From positions 1 through 64,000 of the forward strand of contig JANLSU010000017.1 of assembly GCA_031362565.1 (NCBI GenBank): a DNA stretch of 64,000 nucleotides, given 5' to 3'. Positions 30,847 through 41,699 of the stretch are shown one piece after another. The notes under the pieces are model-generated. The model was not told the origin of the DNA. It made no database searches and worked only from the letters and a program-made list of their open reading frames with translations. The first letter of the stretch is position 1. Every line of letters starts with the position of its first letter. A program made the translations under genes and the position numbers. This stretch comes from a bacterium. Its GTDB lineage: Bacteria > Krumholzibacteriota > Krumholzibacteriia > G020349025.

Positions 30847-32226
30847 TCAGTCTTCCTTCCGCGTCACGTTCGCGCCAGTCGCGTGATCCAGTTCGGTACG
30901 CGCGAACCAGTAGTCGCGCAGAGATTCGGCTTCCTCGCCACGCGCGTCGGCAAGAGCGGTGGCGGCGTCGCGCACGTCGGTGCCGGTGGCGGTGCCCTCT
31001 TTGTACGCGGCGTTCGCGAGCCGCAATGCTTCCCGGGCGGAAGAGATCCGCGCCTCATTCGACGACCATACGGCGGTTGCGACCCGCAAGTCCGACAATG
31101 CGTGTTGCACCTCGCGCCGAACCTCGAGAACGAGACCCCGCCGGCGTGCTTCGAGTGCGGCGCGTTGGGCCCGTAACTCACCGGCGCGTGCATCCACGGC
31201 GCCGCCGTCGAGGAGCGGCATCGTCATCGCGACACCAGCGGACAAATTGTACGTCTTCAAACCTTCATCGCTAAAGTTCGCGTAGTTCTCGAAACGGTTC
31301 GGCGCGCGGTACTCCGCGGTACCCATGAGATCGACACGCGGGCGGCGCTCGGCACGCGTCGCATCGACGCGCTCGAACGTCGCTGCGATTTGGCGCTGCA
31401 CGGCGGCGATTTCCGGTCGCGCCTCCAGCGCCGACGCCATGGCGCGGCTCGAATCCGCTTCGATGGCCGCTGGTTGAGCCAGTTCGTCGAGCGAATCTCC
31501 CGGTGCCAACGCGACACCGATCGCGGTTTCCAGTTCGACCCGTGCCATGCGCTGCGCTTCGAGCGCGCGCACGACGGCGATCTGGCGCTTGGACGCGTCC
31601 ACTTCGCTGCGCAGCACCTCGAGCTTCGGCACGACGCCGGCATTGACGCGAGCGCGCGCGATGGCGAGATGGCTCTGTGCCGTGGCGAGCGCCTCGTCCG
31701 CCGCGGCCAGCAAACGGCCGGCGGTCAACTCGCGGTAGTACGCTTGCGACACGCGCTGCACCAAGTCGGCGGCCGCTTGCTCGCGAGCGCTGGATTCCTG
31801 TTGGGCATCGGCGGACGCGGCTCGCACCAGTGCCGCGGTACGGCCGCCGGAATAGATGTTGTACTGCGCCTCGGTCTTGACGCTGAGCGTCGTCGCACTG
31901 CCGAGCCTGAGAACCTGCCGCCCAGCCCCACCGGGTATGTCGAAGACCGCCTTGGGCGCTTCGTTGGCCTGCGAGAGTGAGGCGCCGAGACGCAGCGACG
32001 GATGCAGCGCCGCGCGTGCGGCTCGTACGGCCTCTTCGGCGCGCGACACGTCCGCAGCCGCGGCTTGCAGTCCCGGTGCGTTCCGTCGGGCAAGCTCGAG
32101 ACAGCGGTCGAGCGTGATCGCGGACGAAACGGCCGGCACCAGAGCGAGGGCCAAAACGACCCGGCATGCGAGTGCCACAACGACCGGCGGTTCGAGGCCG
32201 CGCCGTGGGCCCTGCTTACTTGTCAA
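30847..32226 (-). CDS. TolC-family outer membrane efflux protein
   Basis: Two OEP repeats (P.L.L, PLLDGG, YKEG). TTG start at 32226 after GAGGAGG, overlapping the end of tetR. Confidence 0.85.
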   Translation of the reverse strand: MTSKQGPRRGLEPPVVVALACRVVLALALVPAVSSAITLDRCLELARRNAPGLQAAAADVSRAEEAVRAARAALHPSLRLGASLSQANEAPKAVFDIPGGAGRQVLRLGSATTLSVKTEAQYNIYSGGRTAALVRAASADAQQESSAREQAAADLVQRVSQAYYRELTAGRLLAAADEALATAQSHLAIARARVNAGVVPKLEVLRSEVDASKRQIAVVRALEAQRMARVELETAIGVALAPGDSLDELAQPAAIEADSSRAMASALEARPEIAAVQRQIAATFERVDATRAERRPRVDLMGTAEYRAPNRFENYANFSDEGLKTYNLSAGVAMTMPLLDGGAVDARAGELRAQRAALEARRRGLVLEVRREVQHALSDLRVATAVWSSNEARISSAREALRLANAAYKEGTATGTDVRDAATALADARGEEAESLRDYWFARTELDHATGANVTRKED

Positions 32227-32893
32227 CGCGTTGCCTCCTCGATACGGGTCTTGCCTTGGCGGTGCGCCGCGCCGGCGGCACCGCCGCAACCGACGGCGCT
32301 GCACCGTCCCACAACACATCCACGAGGCCGCGGAGATAGACGTCCGCCGGCATCGGCGTACGATCGTGGGCTTTCAGGAGCAGCTCGAAGAACGCGTAGT
32401 TCTGAACGCTTCCCAGGAGCATCCGCGCCAGGACTTCCGGGTCGACGGGGCGCAGGCGTCCGAGTTGCATTTCGGCCGCCAGATACGCCGTGATCCGCCG
32501 CAACGTGCGGATGGGCGGCGGGTCCGGTGCCGCCAAGTGCGGCGGCAGGCCGCAATCACGGTTCGACCACGACATCATCAGGAGCGGCATCATGCGCCGG
32601 AAGAACTCCAACATTCCCGCGCTGAATTCCAACAGCTGCTCACGGATGTCGCCGCTGCCGACGCGCTGCGGCAATTCGCGCAAGAAATCGGCGTCTTGGA
32701 GTGCCGGCTCCATGGCGCGCAGGAAGAGTTCGTGCTTGGTCCGGAAGTGCTTGAAGATCGAACCCTCGGCGATTCCGGCCCGGCGTGCGACCTCCGCAGT
32801 GGTCGCTTGGATCCCCTTCTCGAGGAATACCACGCGCGCCGCGTTCAGGATTTGCTCGGTGGTGATCGTCGCCGGTCGGGACATGGCCGCCAT
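32216..32893 (-). CDS. TetR/AcrR-family regulator
   Basis: HTH ILNAARVVFLEKG..TTAEVARRAGIAEGSIFKHF. Confidence 0.92.
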   Translation of the reverse strand: MAAMSRPATITTEQILNAARVVFLEKGIQATTAEVARRAGIAEGSIFKHFRTKHELFLRAMEPALQDADFLRELPQRVGSGDIREQLLEFSAGMLEFFRRMMPLLMMSWSNRDCGLPPHLAAPDPPPIRTLRRITAYLAAEMQLGRLRPVDPEVLARMLLGSVQNYAFFELLLKAHDRTPMPADVYLRGLVDVLWDGAAPSVAAVPPARRTAKARPVSRRQRVDK

Positions 32894-32922
32894 TCCACGC
32901 TAGGGCCTCGGGGAGGCCTATT

Positions 32923-32959
32923 TGAGTGAATACTTACTCATTAATCGAGGCCTTGTCAA
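32923..32959 (-). promoter_or_regulatory. Putative TetR operator overlapping the efflux operon promoter
   Basis: Imperfect palindrome TGAGTGAATACTTACTCA (32923-32940) lies just downstream of a minus-strand TTGACA (32954-32959). Confidence 0.65.
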
Positions 32960-33151
32960 GGGACGGCAACACTCCCTGATCATCGCACCCTGGCCGGCGG
33001 GTTCCCCTGTGTATCCTTCTAGGGCGATCGTCCGTTCCACCTCGATCGACGCAAATGGAGCGCGGTCCGTGCCCGTCAAGAGTCTCACTCCGGAGAGCCA
33101 AGCCCTCCGCGGCGCTTCGGCAAGCCATCGAAGCGAAAACGCGCCGGTGCG

Positions 33152-33301
33152 TTACCGCAGCACGGTGATTCGAGTCGAAGCCACGCCGGTCGCGGTGTGC
33201 ATGCGAACCAGATACACACCGGCTGCAACCGTCTGCGCAGCATCGTCGCGTCCATCCAAGGTGCGGCGGCGGAACTGAGCCCGCGCCTTCGCGGGCCGTC
33301 C
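33152..33301 (-). pseudogene. Orphan FlgD-Ig C-terminal domain remnant
   Basis: A frame absent from the ORF track reads LDGRDDAAQTVAAGVYLVRMHTATGVASTRITVLR*. It is bounded upstream by TAG, with no start codon ahead of the motif. Confidence 0.65.
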
Positions 33302-33388
33302 CTATGCGGATGTGATCGCGATTCGGTAAGTTGACGGCTTGCCGGCCATGGGACCGGTGTCTGGAGATCGCGCCGCCTCGGAGGACTG

Positions 33389-34009
<621 letters not shown>

Positions 34010-34700
34010 AAGCCGCCGTTCCCTTCTTCAACGGAAGAGTACCTTCACGTCCGAGAACGATTGGCCTTTGATGCCGACCGTACGCGGATCGGGGACGATT
34101 GATCGCGTAGTCGAGAGATCCAATCCATACGTACGCGATCTTGGTGCCGTCCGGCGACCAATCAGGACTGATTTCGTTCTCCGGATCGTTCGTGAGCTGC
34201 CACCATTCGTCGGTTGCATCACGGTGGATCCAGAGATCGGGCTGCCCACCGCGCGTCGAGGAGACAATGAAGTCGCGGCCGTTCGGCGACCATGCGGACG
34301 GCGAGCGGGCGCCCTCTGGAAGCGCGAGTACGGCTTCCGCGATCGCCTGGTCACATTGCGCGCGCCACCGCACGTTGTTGGCCAGGACGAACACGCTCGC
34401 TCCATCGTCGGTCCAACTCGGTGCGTTGACGATCGAGCTGGAGGTCAAATTCGGGATCATCGTGAGCCCGAGTGGAGCGGTCACGGCGCCGGTCGCGAGG
34501 TCGTACACGGACACACTGCCGCGAACGCGACCCGAGTAATAGGACACCTTCTCCCAGGCGAACGCCAGGCGGGCGCCGTCGGGGGACCACACCGGCGAGG
34601 CGAACCGGTCGAAGTCCTTGCTGATACGGATGGGCCGGAAGTCGGCAGCCGTGGCGGGCATCAGATCCCGCTCACTCGGTCGAAGAGAGGACGGCGCGTC

Positions 34701-36093
34701 GTGAAGGACCTCACCAGCGGCTCGGTCTCGCGCCACTTGTTGCAGACCACCAGTTTCATGCTGGTCACGATGCTGTTCCAAACACTCTATTTTCTCGTCG
34801 ACCTCTTTTGGGTCGGGCGCCTGGGTAAGGAAGCCGTCGCGGGGGTCGGGGTCGCGGGCAATCTCATGTTCGTGGTGCTCGCGATCACCCAAATGCTGGG
34901 CGTCGGCACAACGACCTTGATCTCACATGCTGCCGGCCGTAAAGAACACCAGCGGGCGCTCTTGCTCTTCAACCAGTCGCAACTGCTGTCGATGCTCGTC
35001 GGGGTCTTGTTCTTCATTGTCGCGATGGCAGCGCGAACGCTGTACGTCAACAAGCTGAGTGCCAATGCCGAAACGGCGCGCCTCGCCGGCCAGTACCTGC
35101 TGTGGTTTCTTCCCGCAACGGCCTTGCAGTTCGCCATGGTGGCGATGGCGGCGGCGCTACGCGGCACCGGCAATTTCAAACCCGGGATGATCGTCCAGTC
35201 CGCAACCGTGCTCTTGAACATGATCTTGGCGCCGTTTCTCATTTTCGGATGGCTCACGCACCGGCCGATGGGCGTCGCCGGTGCGGCGCTCGCAACCTTC
35301 ATCACGACCATCGTCGGAACGCTCTGGCTGCTGACCTACTTCCGCCCCAAGGACTCATACCTGCGATTCATTGCTCGGACTGGAAGCCACGCGTCGATTT
35401 ATGGGAGCGATGCTCAAGATCGGCCTGCCCGCAGGCGCCGAATTCGCGCTCATGGCGGTCTACCTGTTCGTGATCTACGCCATCAGCCGGCCCTTTGGCG
35501 CCGCCGCCCAAGCCGGCTTCGGGATCGGCATGCGCGTCATGCAAGCCGGCTTCATGCCGGTCGTCGCCCCCGGCTTCTCGGTCGCGCCGGTCGCGGGACA
35601 GAACTTCGGCGCCCGGCACCACCACCGGGTACGCGAGGTCTTCCGGTCGGCGGTCCTGATGGCGATCGCCTTGATGGCGCTGTTTGCGCTCCTGTGTCAC
35701 ATCGCGCCCGCCGCGATGATCGGTTTGTTTTCGCACGACCCGCAGGTCATCGCGGTGGGGACGGAATATCTGCGCATCGTGTCGTGGAATTTCGTCGCTT
35801 CGGGTGTGGTGTTCGTGGCCTCGAGCATGTTCCAAGCCCTCGGCAACACGATTCCATCGCTGCTGAGTTCGTTCGTCCGCATCCTGATCCTGGTCGTGCC
35901 GACACTCGTTCTGTCGCGCCAGCCGGGATTCCAACTGCGGTGGGTCTGGTTCCTGTCGATCGCGGCCGTGACCGTGCAGGTGGCGCTCAGCTTGTTGCTC
36001 CTGCGTCGCGAGTTCAGCCGCAAGTTGCACCACGCACCGCGTCTCGTGGATCCGTTGGCGGCGGAAAGCGTCCCCGGCGGCATTCTCGAGTAG
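34701..36093 (+). pseudogene. MATE efflux transporter split by frameshifts (real or sequencing error)
   Basis: The N-half (KDLTSGS..LRGTGN) and C-half (MLKIGLP..GQNFGA) lie in different frames, with the junction at about 35370-35410. Confidence 0.8.
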
Positions 36094-36190
36094 GCTTGTT
36101 GCGGTGCACTGCAGGCGCCAGTATCGCTGCATCCCGGCCGGAAACCTCGACAAGGTGCCGATCGATCCGGCGGCTCCAGCGGAGGTTGAA

Positions 36191-36453
36191 ATGGGCATCC
36201 TGGACAATCTGGGTGACCTGCTCAAGGTCGCCACGAACAACAACGCGGCACCTGCCGATGTACATGCCGCCTTCGATCAAGTCGCAACCGCGGTTCCCCA
36301 AGCAAGTCTCGCGGACGGACTCATTCATGCCTTCAATTCCGACCAGACGCCGCCCTTTCAGCTTCGTTCTATGCCCAACATCCGGCGCTCGTGAAAGCGG
36401 TCGGTGCCGGAGCGCTGGCGTTGCTCATGAGCCGTATCTCATCGAGACGTTGA
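36191..36453 (+). pseudogene. Hypothetical protein with apparent internal deletion and frameshift
   Basis: GGAGG RBS. MGILD..SDQTPPF is in one frame and FYAQHPALVKAVGAGALALLMSRISSRR* in another, stopping 1 bp before the next ATG. Confidence 0.55.
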
Positions 36454-36454
36454 A

Positions 36455-36706
36455 ATGGGATTTCTTGCCTGGATCGTCTGCGGGCTTTTGGCAGGCTGGA
36501 TCACCGGAAAATTGATGGGTGGACCCGGCAAAGGCGCGCTGATGGATATCATCATCGGCCTGCTGGGTGCCCTCGCCGGCGGCTTTGTGATGCAGCTGGT
36601 CGGCTTTAGAGCCGAGGGCAGTTTCGTCTACACGCTGCTCGTCGCGGTCTTCGGCGCCGTGCTGCTCACCTGGATCTACCGCAAGGCGACGGCGCGGAAA
36701 AACTGA
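36455..36706 (+). CDS. GlsB/YeaQ/YmgE (transglycosylase-associated) membrane protein
   Basis: WIVCGLLAGW..IIIGLLGALAGG..AVFGAVLL. Confidence 0.88.
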   Translation: MGFLAWIVCGLLAGWITGKLMGGPGKGALMDIIIGLLGALAGGFVMQLVGFRAEGSFVYTLLVAVFGAVLLTWIYRKATARKN

Positions 36707-36773
36707 CGGCGGAGCCGCCGAGACGAGAATCGCCTCAGCGTGGCGACACCACCGTCTGGACCGACGCCCCTTT

Positions 36774-36829
36774 CTATCGCTCATAATTCTTGTTATTATG
36801 GGCTATAGAGAGGCGGTCTATCGCTCATG
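36774..36829. promoter_or_regulatory. Repeated operator-like motif upstream of fic
   Basis: CTATCGCTCATAA (36774-36786), an inverted copy TTATGGGCTATAG (36796-36808) and a direct copy CTATCGCTCATG over the start codon (36818-36829). Confidence 0.6.
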
Positions 36830-37993
36830 GGCTGGAATTGGCAGCAACCGGGTTGGCCGGACTTCGCGTGGCACCCCGCCCGGCTGGCTAGGGCCGAGGA
36901 GCAGTTTCTGCTCGGTGCCGGGGTTTTCCTCGGCACCGCCAAACACCTTGGAGCCGAAGTTCACGATCGTCTGATCGTCGAGGTGCTGAGCAACGAGGCC
37001 CTGACCACCTCCGAGATCGAAGGCGAGATCCTCAATCGAGACAGCGTCCAAGCCTCGATCCGTCGCCAGTTGGGATTTCCCGCCGACGACCGGCGAGTGA
37101 GCCCTGCCGAGCGCGGCATCGCCGAGATGATGGTCGACCTCTATCGGAATTTCTCCGCACCGCTCGATGACCTGACTTTGTTCGCTTGGCAACGCATGCT
37201 GTTCAGCGGGCGGAGCGACCGGCGTGACATCGGCCGCTATCGCACCCATTCCGAGCCGATGCAAATCGTTTCCGGAAGGGTCGACGACCCCAAGGTGCAT
37301 TTCGAGGCGCCGCCTTCGACCCAGGTCGTTGCCGAGATGGCCAGGTTCATCGATTGGTTCAATCGCACCGCTCCAACCGGTACCGCCGCGCTACCGGCGT
37401 TGACCCGTGCCGGAACGGCGCATCTGTATTTCGAGTCCATTCACCCGTTCGAGGATGGAAACGGGCGGGTAGGCAGAGCGATCGCCGAGAAGGCCTTGGC
37501 GCAGAGTCTCGGTGGGCCCTTCTTGACCGCATTGGCTGCGACGCTGCTCACCAAGCGCCGGTCCTACTACGAGGCGCTGGAAGCCGCGAACAAACACATC
37601 GAGATCACGGATTGGCTCGCTTGGTTTGCGGGTACGAGCATCGAAGCACAGCGGCGAACCATTGCCGAGGTCGAGTTTCTGATCGACAAGACGCAACTGC
37701 TCGACCGTCTGCGCGGACATTTGAATGCTCGCCAAGAAGCGGTCGTCCTGCGCATGCTGCGGGAAGGGCCAAGGGGATTCGAAGGTGGGTTGAGTGCGAG
37801 CAACTACATACGAATCGCGAAGACTTCGGCGTCGACTGCGACGCGCGATCTCACCGAACTCGTCGCGCAAGGCGCCTTGCGCCGCACCGGCAACCTCCGG
37901 CATACGCGTTATCACCTCACGATTCCGCTCCGTCGCGTCCCGCTCGTGAGGATCGGTCCCGCGGGGGATCTCATCTCCGACGACAAGTCTTAG
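36827..37993 (+). CDS. Fic-family protein (DUF4172-Fic-wHTH)
   Basis: WNWQQPGWP, TSEIEGE, the Fic motif HPFEDGNGRVGR and a C-terminal SASTATRDL HTH. Confidence 0.92.
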   Translation: MGWNWQQPGWPDFAWHPARLARAEEQFLLGAGVFLGTAKHLGAEVHDRLIVEVLSNEALTTSEIEGEILNRDSVQASIRRQLGFPADDRRVSPAERGIAEMMVDLYRNFSAPLDDLTLFAWQRMLFSGRSDRRDIGRYRTHSEPMQIVSGRVDDPKVHFEAPPSTQVVAEMARFIDWFNRTAPTGTAALPALTRAGTAHLYFESIHPFEDGNGRVGRAIAEKALAQSLGGPFLTALAATLLTKRRSYYEALEAANKHIEITDWLAWFAGTSIEAQRRTIAEVEFLIDKTQLLDRLRGHLNARQEAVVLRMLREGPRGFEGGLSASNYIRIAKTSASTATRDLTELVAQGALRRTGNLRHTRYHLTIPLRRVPLVRIGPAGDLISDDKS

Positions 37994-38567
37994 GTTTGCG
38001 TTGCCACATCGGCGGTGACCCAGGATGCCACGCCGGGGCAGAACGCCCCAGTGGCGCGGATGCCGCTGTGAAGCCGCGACTTGCAGCGCACGCACGGTTG
38101 GCGCGGCGAAACGGGACAAAACGCGCCGTTGCCGCCACCGTACATTCACGAAGTCAATTTGCATTTCGACAGCGTGTTGCATCGACTCGCCCACCTGGCG
38201 CCGTTCTCGCTCATCCCGTGTCGTTCGCGGCGATCGGCCGCGAGCGGTGGAGGACGAAGCGGGGTGGAGCCTGATCGTCCGAAGCCGAACCGGAGCCAAC
38301 GGTTCAATGAGCGTTGGACGAACGGCGGCTTGGCGCGTCGAGACGAGCCGTCGGTCGCCGCTCACTCGCAGTCGAGAAAAATTGAGCAGACCAGCCCCCT
38401 TCCGAACCCCGATCCGCGGAGGGGCCTGGACTGCCCTTCGGACCGGCAGGGTGTCCCGGTTCACCCCACCCCACCCTGCCGGTCTGGTTCACAGACCCTG
38501 AGATGTCGAGGTTCGGCAGCCATCGGGGCGCCCGAGCCGACGGAGCAGATCCGAGGAGGATCTGAAT

Positions 38568-38969
38568 ATGAGAACCAGGACAACGTTCGCACTGACGATT
38601 TGCGCCGTACTCACCACCGCCAGTCTCGCCTTCGCCACCGATCCGGCAACCGATGCCAAGGCCGCAGCGAAGCCCGCAACGGCCGCCGCAATGCATCACA
38701 AGGGCGCAATGCATCACGCACGCTTGTCCAAGGACGACACGATGGCGGTCCAGAACGCGCTCAGCAAAGCCGGTGTGTTCAAGGGCACGGCCGATGGCGT
38801 GGTCGGTGCGTCCACGGTCGAGGCACTGAAGGCGTATCAGAAGGCCAACTCTCTCAAGGTCACCGGCTGGGCCGATGACGCAACGCTCGCCAAGCTGAGC
38901 GTGACGCACACCCCGCCGGCAACGACGGCTGCGTCGACGGCGCCTGCGAGGTCGAAGACCCCGCGCTGA
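38568..38969 (+). CDS. Secreted peptidoglycan-binding domain protein
   Basis: GAGGAG RBS, signal peptide and VQNAL..G..DGVVG..T.EALKAYQ..L.VTG. Confidence 0.85.
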   Translation: MRTRTTFALTICAVLTTASLAFATDPATDAKAAAKPATAAAMHHKGAMHHARLSKDDTMAVQNALSKAGVFKGTADGVVGASTVEALKAYQKANSLKVTGWADDATLAKLSVTHTPPATTAASTAPARSKTPR

Positions 38970-39213
38970 CGCTTTCGATGCAAGGAAGACGGAGTCGTCG
39001 GATTCGTCCGGCGGCATCACGGCGAAACGGCTCGCAAGCCACCGGCGGCTCCAATTGACGGGTCCAGGAATACCTCCTGGGCCCGTCGATGCTTTCCATC
39101 CATCGACAGCGCCGTGTCCCTGGTGTTAGCGTGCGAAGTGGTCCTTCGTGGTGCGCGTTCGAGAGCGCGCTGCGAGAGGTGTGTGAATGACTTCGTGCTC
39201 TGGGGAGGACCGC

Positions 39214-40053
39214 ATGCGATTCTCGCTTCGAACCGCTGTTCTTGGATCTCTGGCTCTGGGTCTCTTGCTGGTGGATGTGGCCGGCGCCACGGCACCCGGG
39301 GCCTGCCGCCGCAAGCGCAACCCACCGAACCAAAATCTCTTCTGGGACTGTGTCGCCGAGGGCTCGACATGCGGTGCCGGCAATGCGTGCCAGACGATTT
39401 CGTACGGCGGCATCGTGCCGTACAGCACCTGCGAATGCTTGCCCGTCGTGCACGATCCGGATGACTTCTCTTATGGCACCGGTGGGCTCTGGACGGCTGT
39501 CGTGACCAGTGGTGCAGCCGTGCCGGGCGGCAATGTGACCATCGCGCTTGCACCCGGGATCAACGCCCTCGTCATCTATCCCAACGTCGACATCGATGCC
39601 GGCGCGATTACCAACGCGCAGGAGTTCACCGACAGCGGCGATTTCACCGGTTCGATGACGCTGGCGATTGGCGCCGCGACGGGCGTCGACTCGTTTGCCG
39701 TCAATGTCACGGCACTGACCCTGGCGATGACCTCGTTCGACTTCGAGGGCAACCCCACCGGGGCGACGGCGATGACGCTCGCGCCGGACGGCGGCACGGC
39801 CACTGGCCTTTTCGACGTCACGAACAGCACGATTCAATTCGACGAGCCGGTGCACTGCCAGGCGACAAATGACCTGTTCGGGAACTTCGACTACTATTTC
39901 CGGCCGATTCTGATCGAAGGCGCTGCAGGCAAAGCGGGTGTCGCCGGCGGCCCGAATCCGTTCTCCGTCTTCGCAACGGGGACCCTCGTGCCGCCGCAGG
40001 TCGTGTCCGTTCAGCAGCGGCGATGGGGCGACGTGAAGCAACTCTATCGCTGA
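39214..40053 (+). CDS. Secreted protein with Cys-rich N-module and W-x2-VK tail
   Basis: GGGAGG RBS, signal peptide, a six-Cys N-terminal module, ends VSVQQRRWGDVKQLYR. Confidence 0.75.
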   Translation: MRFSLRTAVLGSLALGLLLVDVAGATAPGACRRKRNPPNQNLFWDCVAEGSTCGAGNACQTISYGGIVPYSTCECLPVVHDPDDFSYGTGGLWTAVVTSGAAVPGGNVTIALAPGINALVIYPNVDIDAGAITNAQEFTDSGDFTGSMTLAIGAATGVDSFAVNVTALTLAMTSFDFEGNPTGATAMTLAPDGGTATGLFDVTNSTIQFDEPVHCQATNDLFGNFDYYFRPILIEGAAGKAGVAGGPNPFSVFATGTLVPPQVVSVQQRRWGDVKQLYR

Positions 40054-40256
40054 AAGACAGGGCTTTTCGCCTCCGCCATGGCCCCTCCGGTCGCGGCTGG
40101 GCGACCGCCCCTACGACCCAAACGGCTGGCCCGGCAATGCCGGCCAGCCGTTTTTCTTTGCCATGCACACCAAACAGGGAACCTCCACCCACCCCGGGAC
40201 ATTGCAGATCCCGAAGCCCAAATGCGGCTCTCGACCCCAGAAGGAGGTTCTTCCAA

Positions 40257-40763
40257 ATGCAACGCAAGATTCTGATGATCGCCGGTCTCGTTGTCCTGGT
40301 GGGCGGATGGGCCGCGTTTCGGCCCGAGCGCTTGTTCGTGAACCAAACGGTGAACGAAGGCCTGGAAGGCGCCAAGCCGTCCACTGCCGACGTGACCATG
40401 GCATCGGTGACGTCGCCGATGGCGCTCGCCGCCGGCCGCTTCCACAAGGGCGCGCATGAGACATCCGGCGCCGCGACCGTGTTTCGCCTTGCCGATGGCA
40501 AGCGCGTGCTGCGCCTCACCGGTTTCGCAACCTCGAACGGCCCCGACGTGCACGTGTATCTCGTGAACGCCGCTGACGCGACCGACAACGACGCCGTGAA
40601 GAAGGCCGGCTTCGTCGATCTCGGCTCGCTCAAGGGCAATGTCGGCGATCAGAACTACGACGTACCCGCCGACCTCGACCTGGTTTCACACCGTGCCGTG
40701 ACGATTTGGTGTGCACGCTTCGGCGTCAACTTTGGTACGGCCCCGCTCATTCCGCAGTCGTAG
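40257..40763 (+). CDS. DM13 domain protein
   Basis: G.F..AHETSG, NGPDVHVYL, LKGNVGDQNY and IWCARFGVNFG. Confidence 0.88.
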   Translation: MQRKILMIAGLVVLVGGWAAFRPERLFVNQTVNEGLEGAKPSTADVTMASVTSPMALAAGRFHKGAHETSGAATVFRLADGKRVLRLTGFATSNGPDVHVYLVNAADATDNDAVKKAGFVDLGSLKGNVGDQNYDVPADLDLVSHRAVTIWCARFGVNFGTAPLIPQS

Positions 40764-40859
40764 TCGCGCGCGGCAGTGCCGCGCACCTCGCATCGCGTTG
40801 CATTGGCAATACAATCACTCGCCGCCGGCGTGCGGCATCTTCACGGGAGGATCGGGCTC

Positions 40860-41600
40860 ATGTTTCGAGTTTCGGTGATCGGCCTCAGCATGGCGGCGCT
40901 GCTCGCAACCGTCGCCCCCAGCTTCGGCACCAAGGCCACGACTTTCGTCGTCCGCGTCGAGAATGTGTCGACGCCCATGACGCTCAAGCTCTCGAACGGC
41001 ACCACGGCACCGAACCCCAATTCGCCTGGCCTGTGGGCGGTGCATACCGGCGCCAACCCGTTCTTCGCTGCCGGCAAGCCGGCGCCGGCCGGACTCGAGT
41101 GGCAAGCGGAAGACGGCAACCCGGGCGAACTCGCCAAGAACGTGCCCGGCTTGGCCGGCGTGCTCTCGACGGGTCTCTTCAATGTGCCGGTCGGCGAGAC
41201 GATGCCCGGCCCGGCGCGCCCCGGCAAAGCGTTCGAATTCGCCTTCACGGCGGCTCCGGGCTGCAAGCTGTCGTTGACGACGATGTTCGGCCAGTCGAAC
41301 GATCTCTTCTATTCGATGAGCGACAAGGGCGTCGAGCTCTTCGACGCCAAGGGCGCTCCGGTCACCGGTGACATCACGTCGCAGCTCCTGCTGTGGGACG
41401 CGGGCACCGAAGTGAACCAGGAACCAGGCCTGGGCTCGGACCAAGGTCCGCGCCAGAAGGCGACCAACACGGGTGCAGCCGAAAATGGTGTCGTGCAGCA
41501 GATCGCCGGCGTCAAGGATGGCTTCGCGTACCCGGCGACGAAGGATGTTCTGCACGTGACGATCAGCGTTGGGAACGACAAGAGCATGGCGGCGCGCTGA
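40860..41600 (+). CDS. Secreted Spondin_N domain protein
   Basis: SPGLWAVH, AEDGNP, MFGQSNDLF and WDAGTEVNQ. Confidence 0.85.
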   Translation: MFRVSVIGLSMAALLATVAPSFGTKATTFVVRVENVSTPMTLKLSNGTTAPNPNSPGLWAVHTGANPFFAAGKPAPAGLEWQAEDGNPGELAKNVPGLAGVLSTGLFNVPVGETMPGPARPGKAFEFAFTAAPGCKLSLTTMFGQSNDLFYSMSDKGVELFDAKGAPVTGDITSQLLLWDAGTEVNQEPGLGSDQGPRQKATNTGAAENGVVQQIAGVKDGFAYPATKDVLHVTISVGNDKSMAAR

Positions 41601-41699
41601 GGCGCGGCCCCTTGGTGTTTGCAGCGGCGCGTGCGCCAGTGCCCTGAGAGGCCTGGCGCACTGCGCCGCACCCCCTTTGAACGACCCGGAGATGCGAAG

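Noticed and set aside
35365..35415. Programmed ribosomal frameshift in the MATE gene
   Set aside because: There is no slippery heptamer, and two separate shifts appear to be needed.
34068..36515. 815-aa ORF as one protein
   Set aside because: It is a composite of antisense to the PD40 fragment, the MATE N-half and out-of-frame readthrough after the frameshift.
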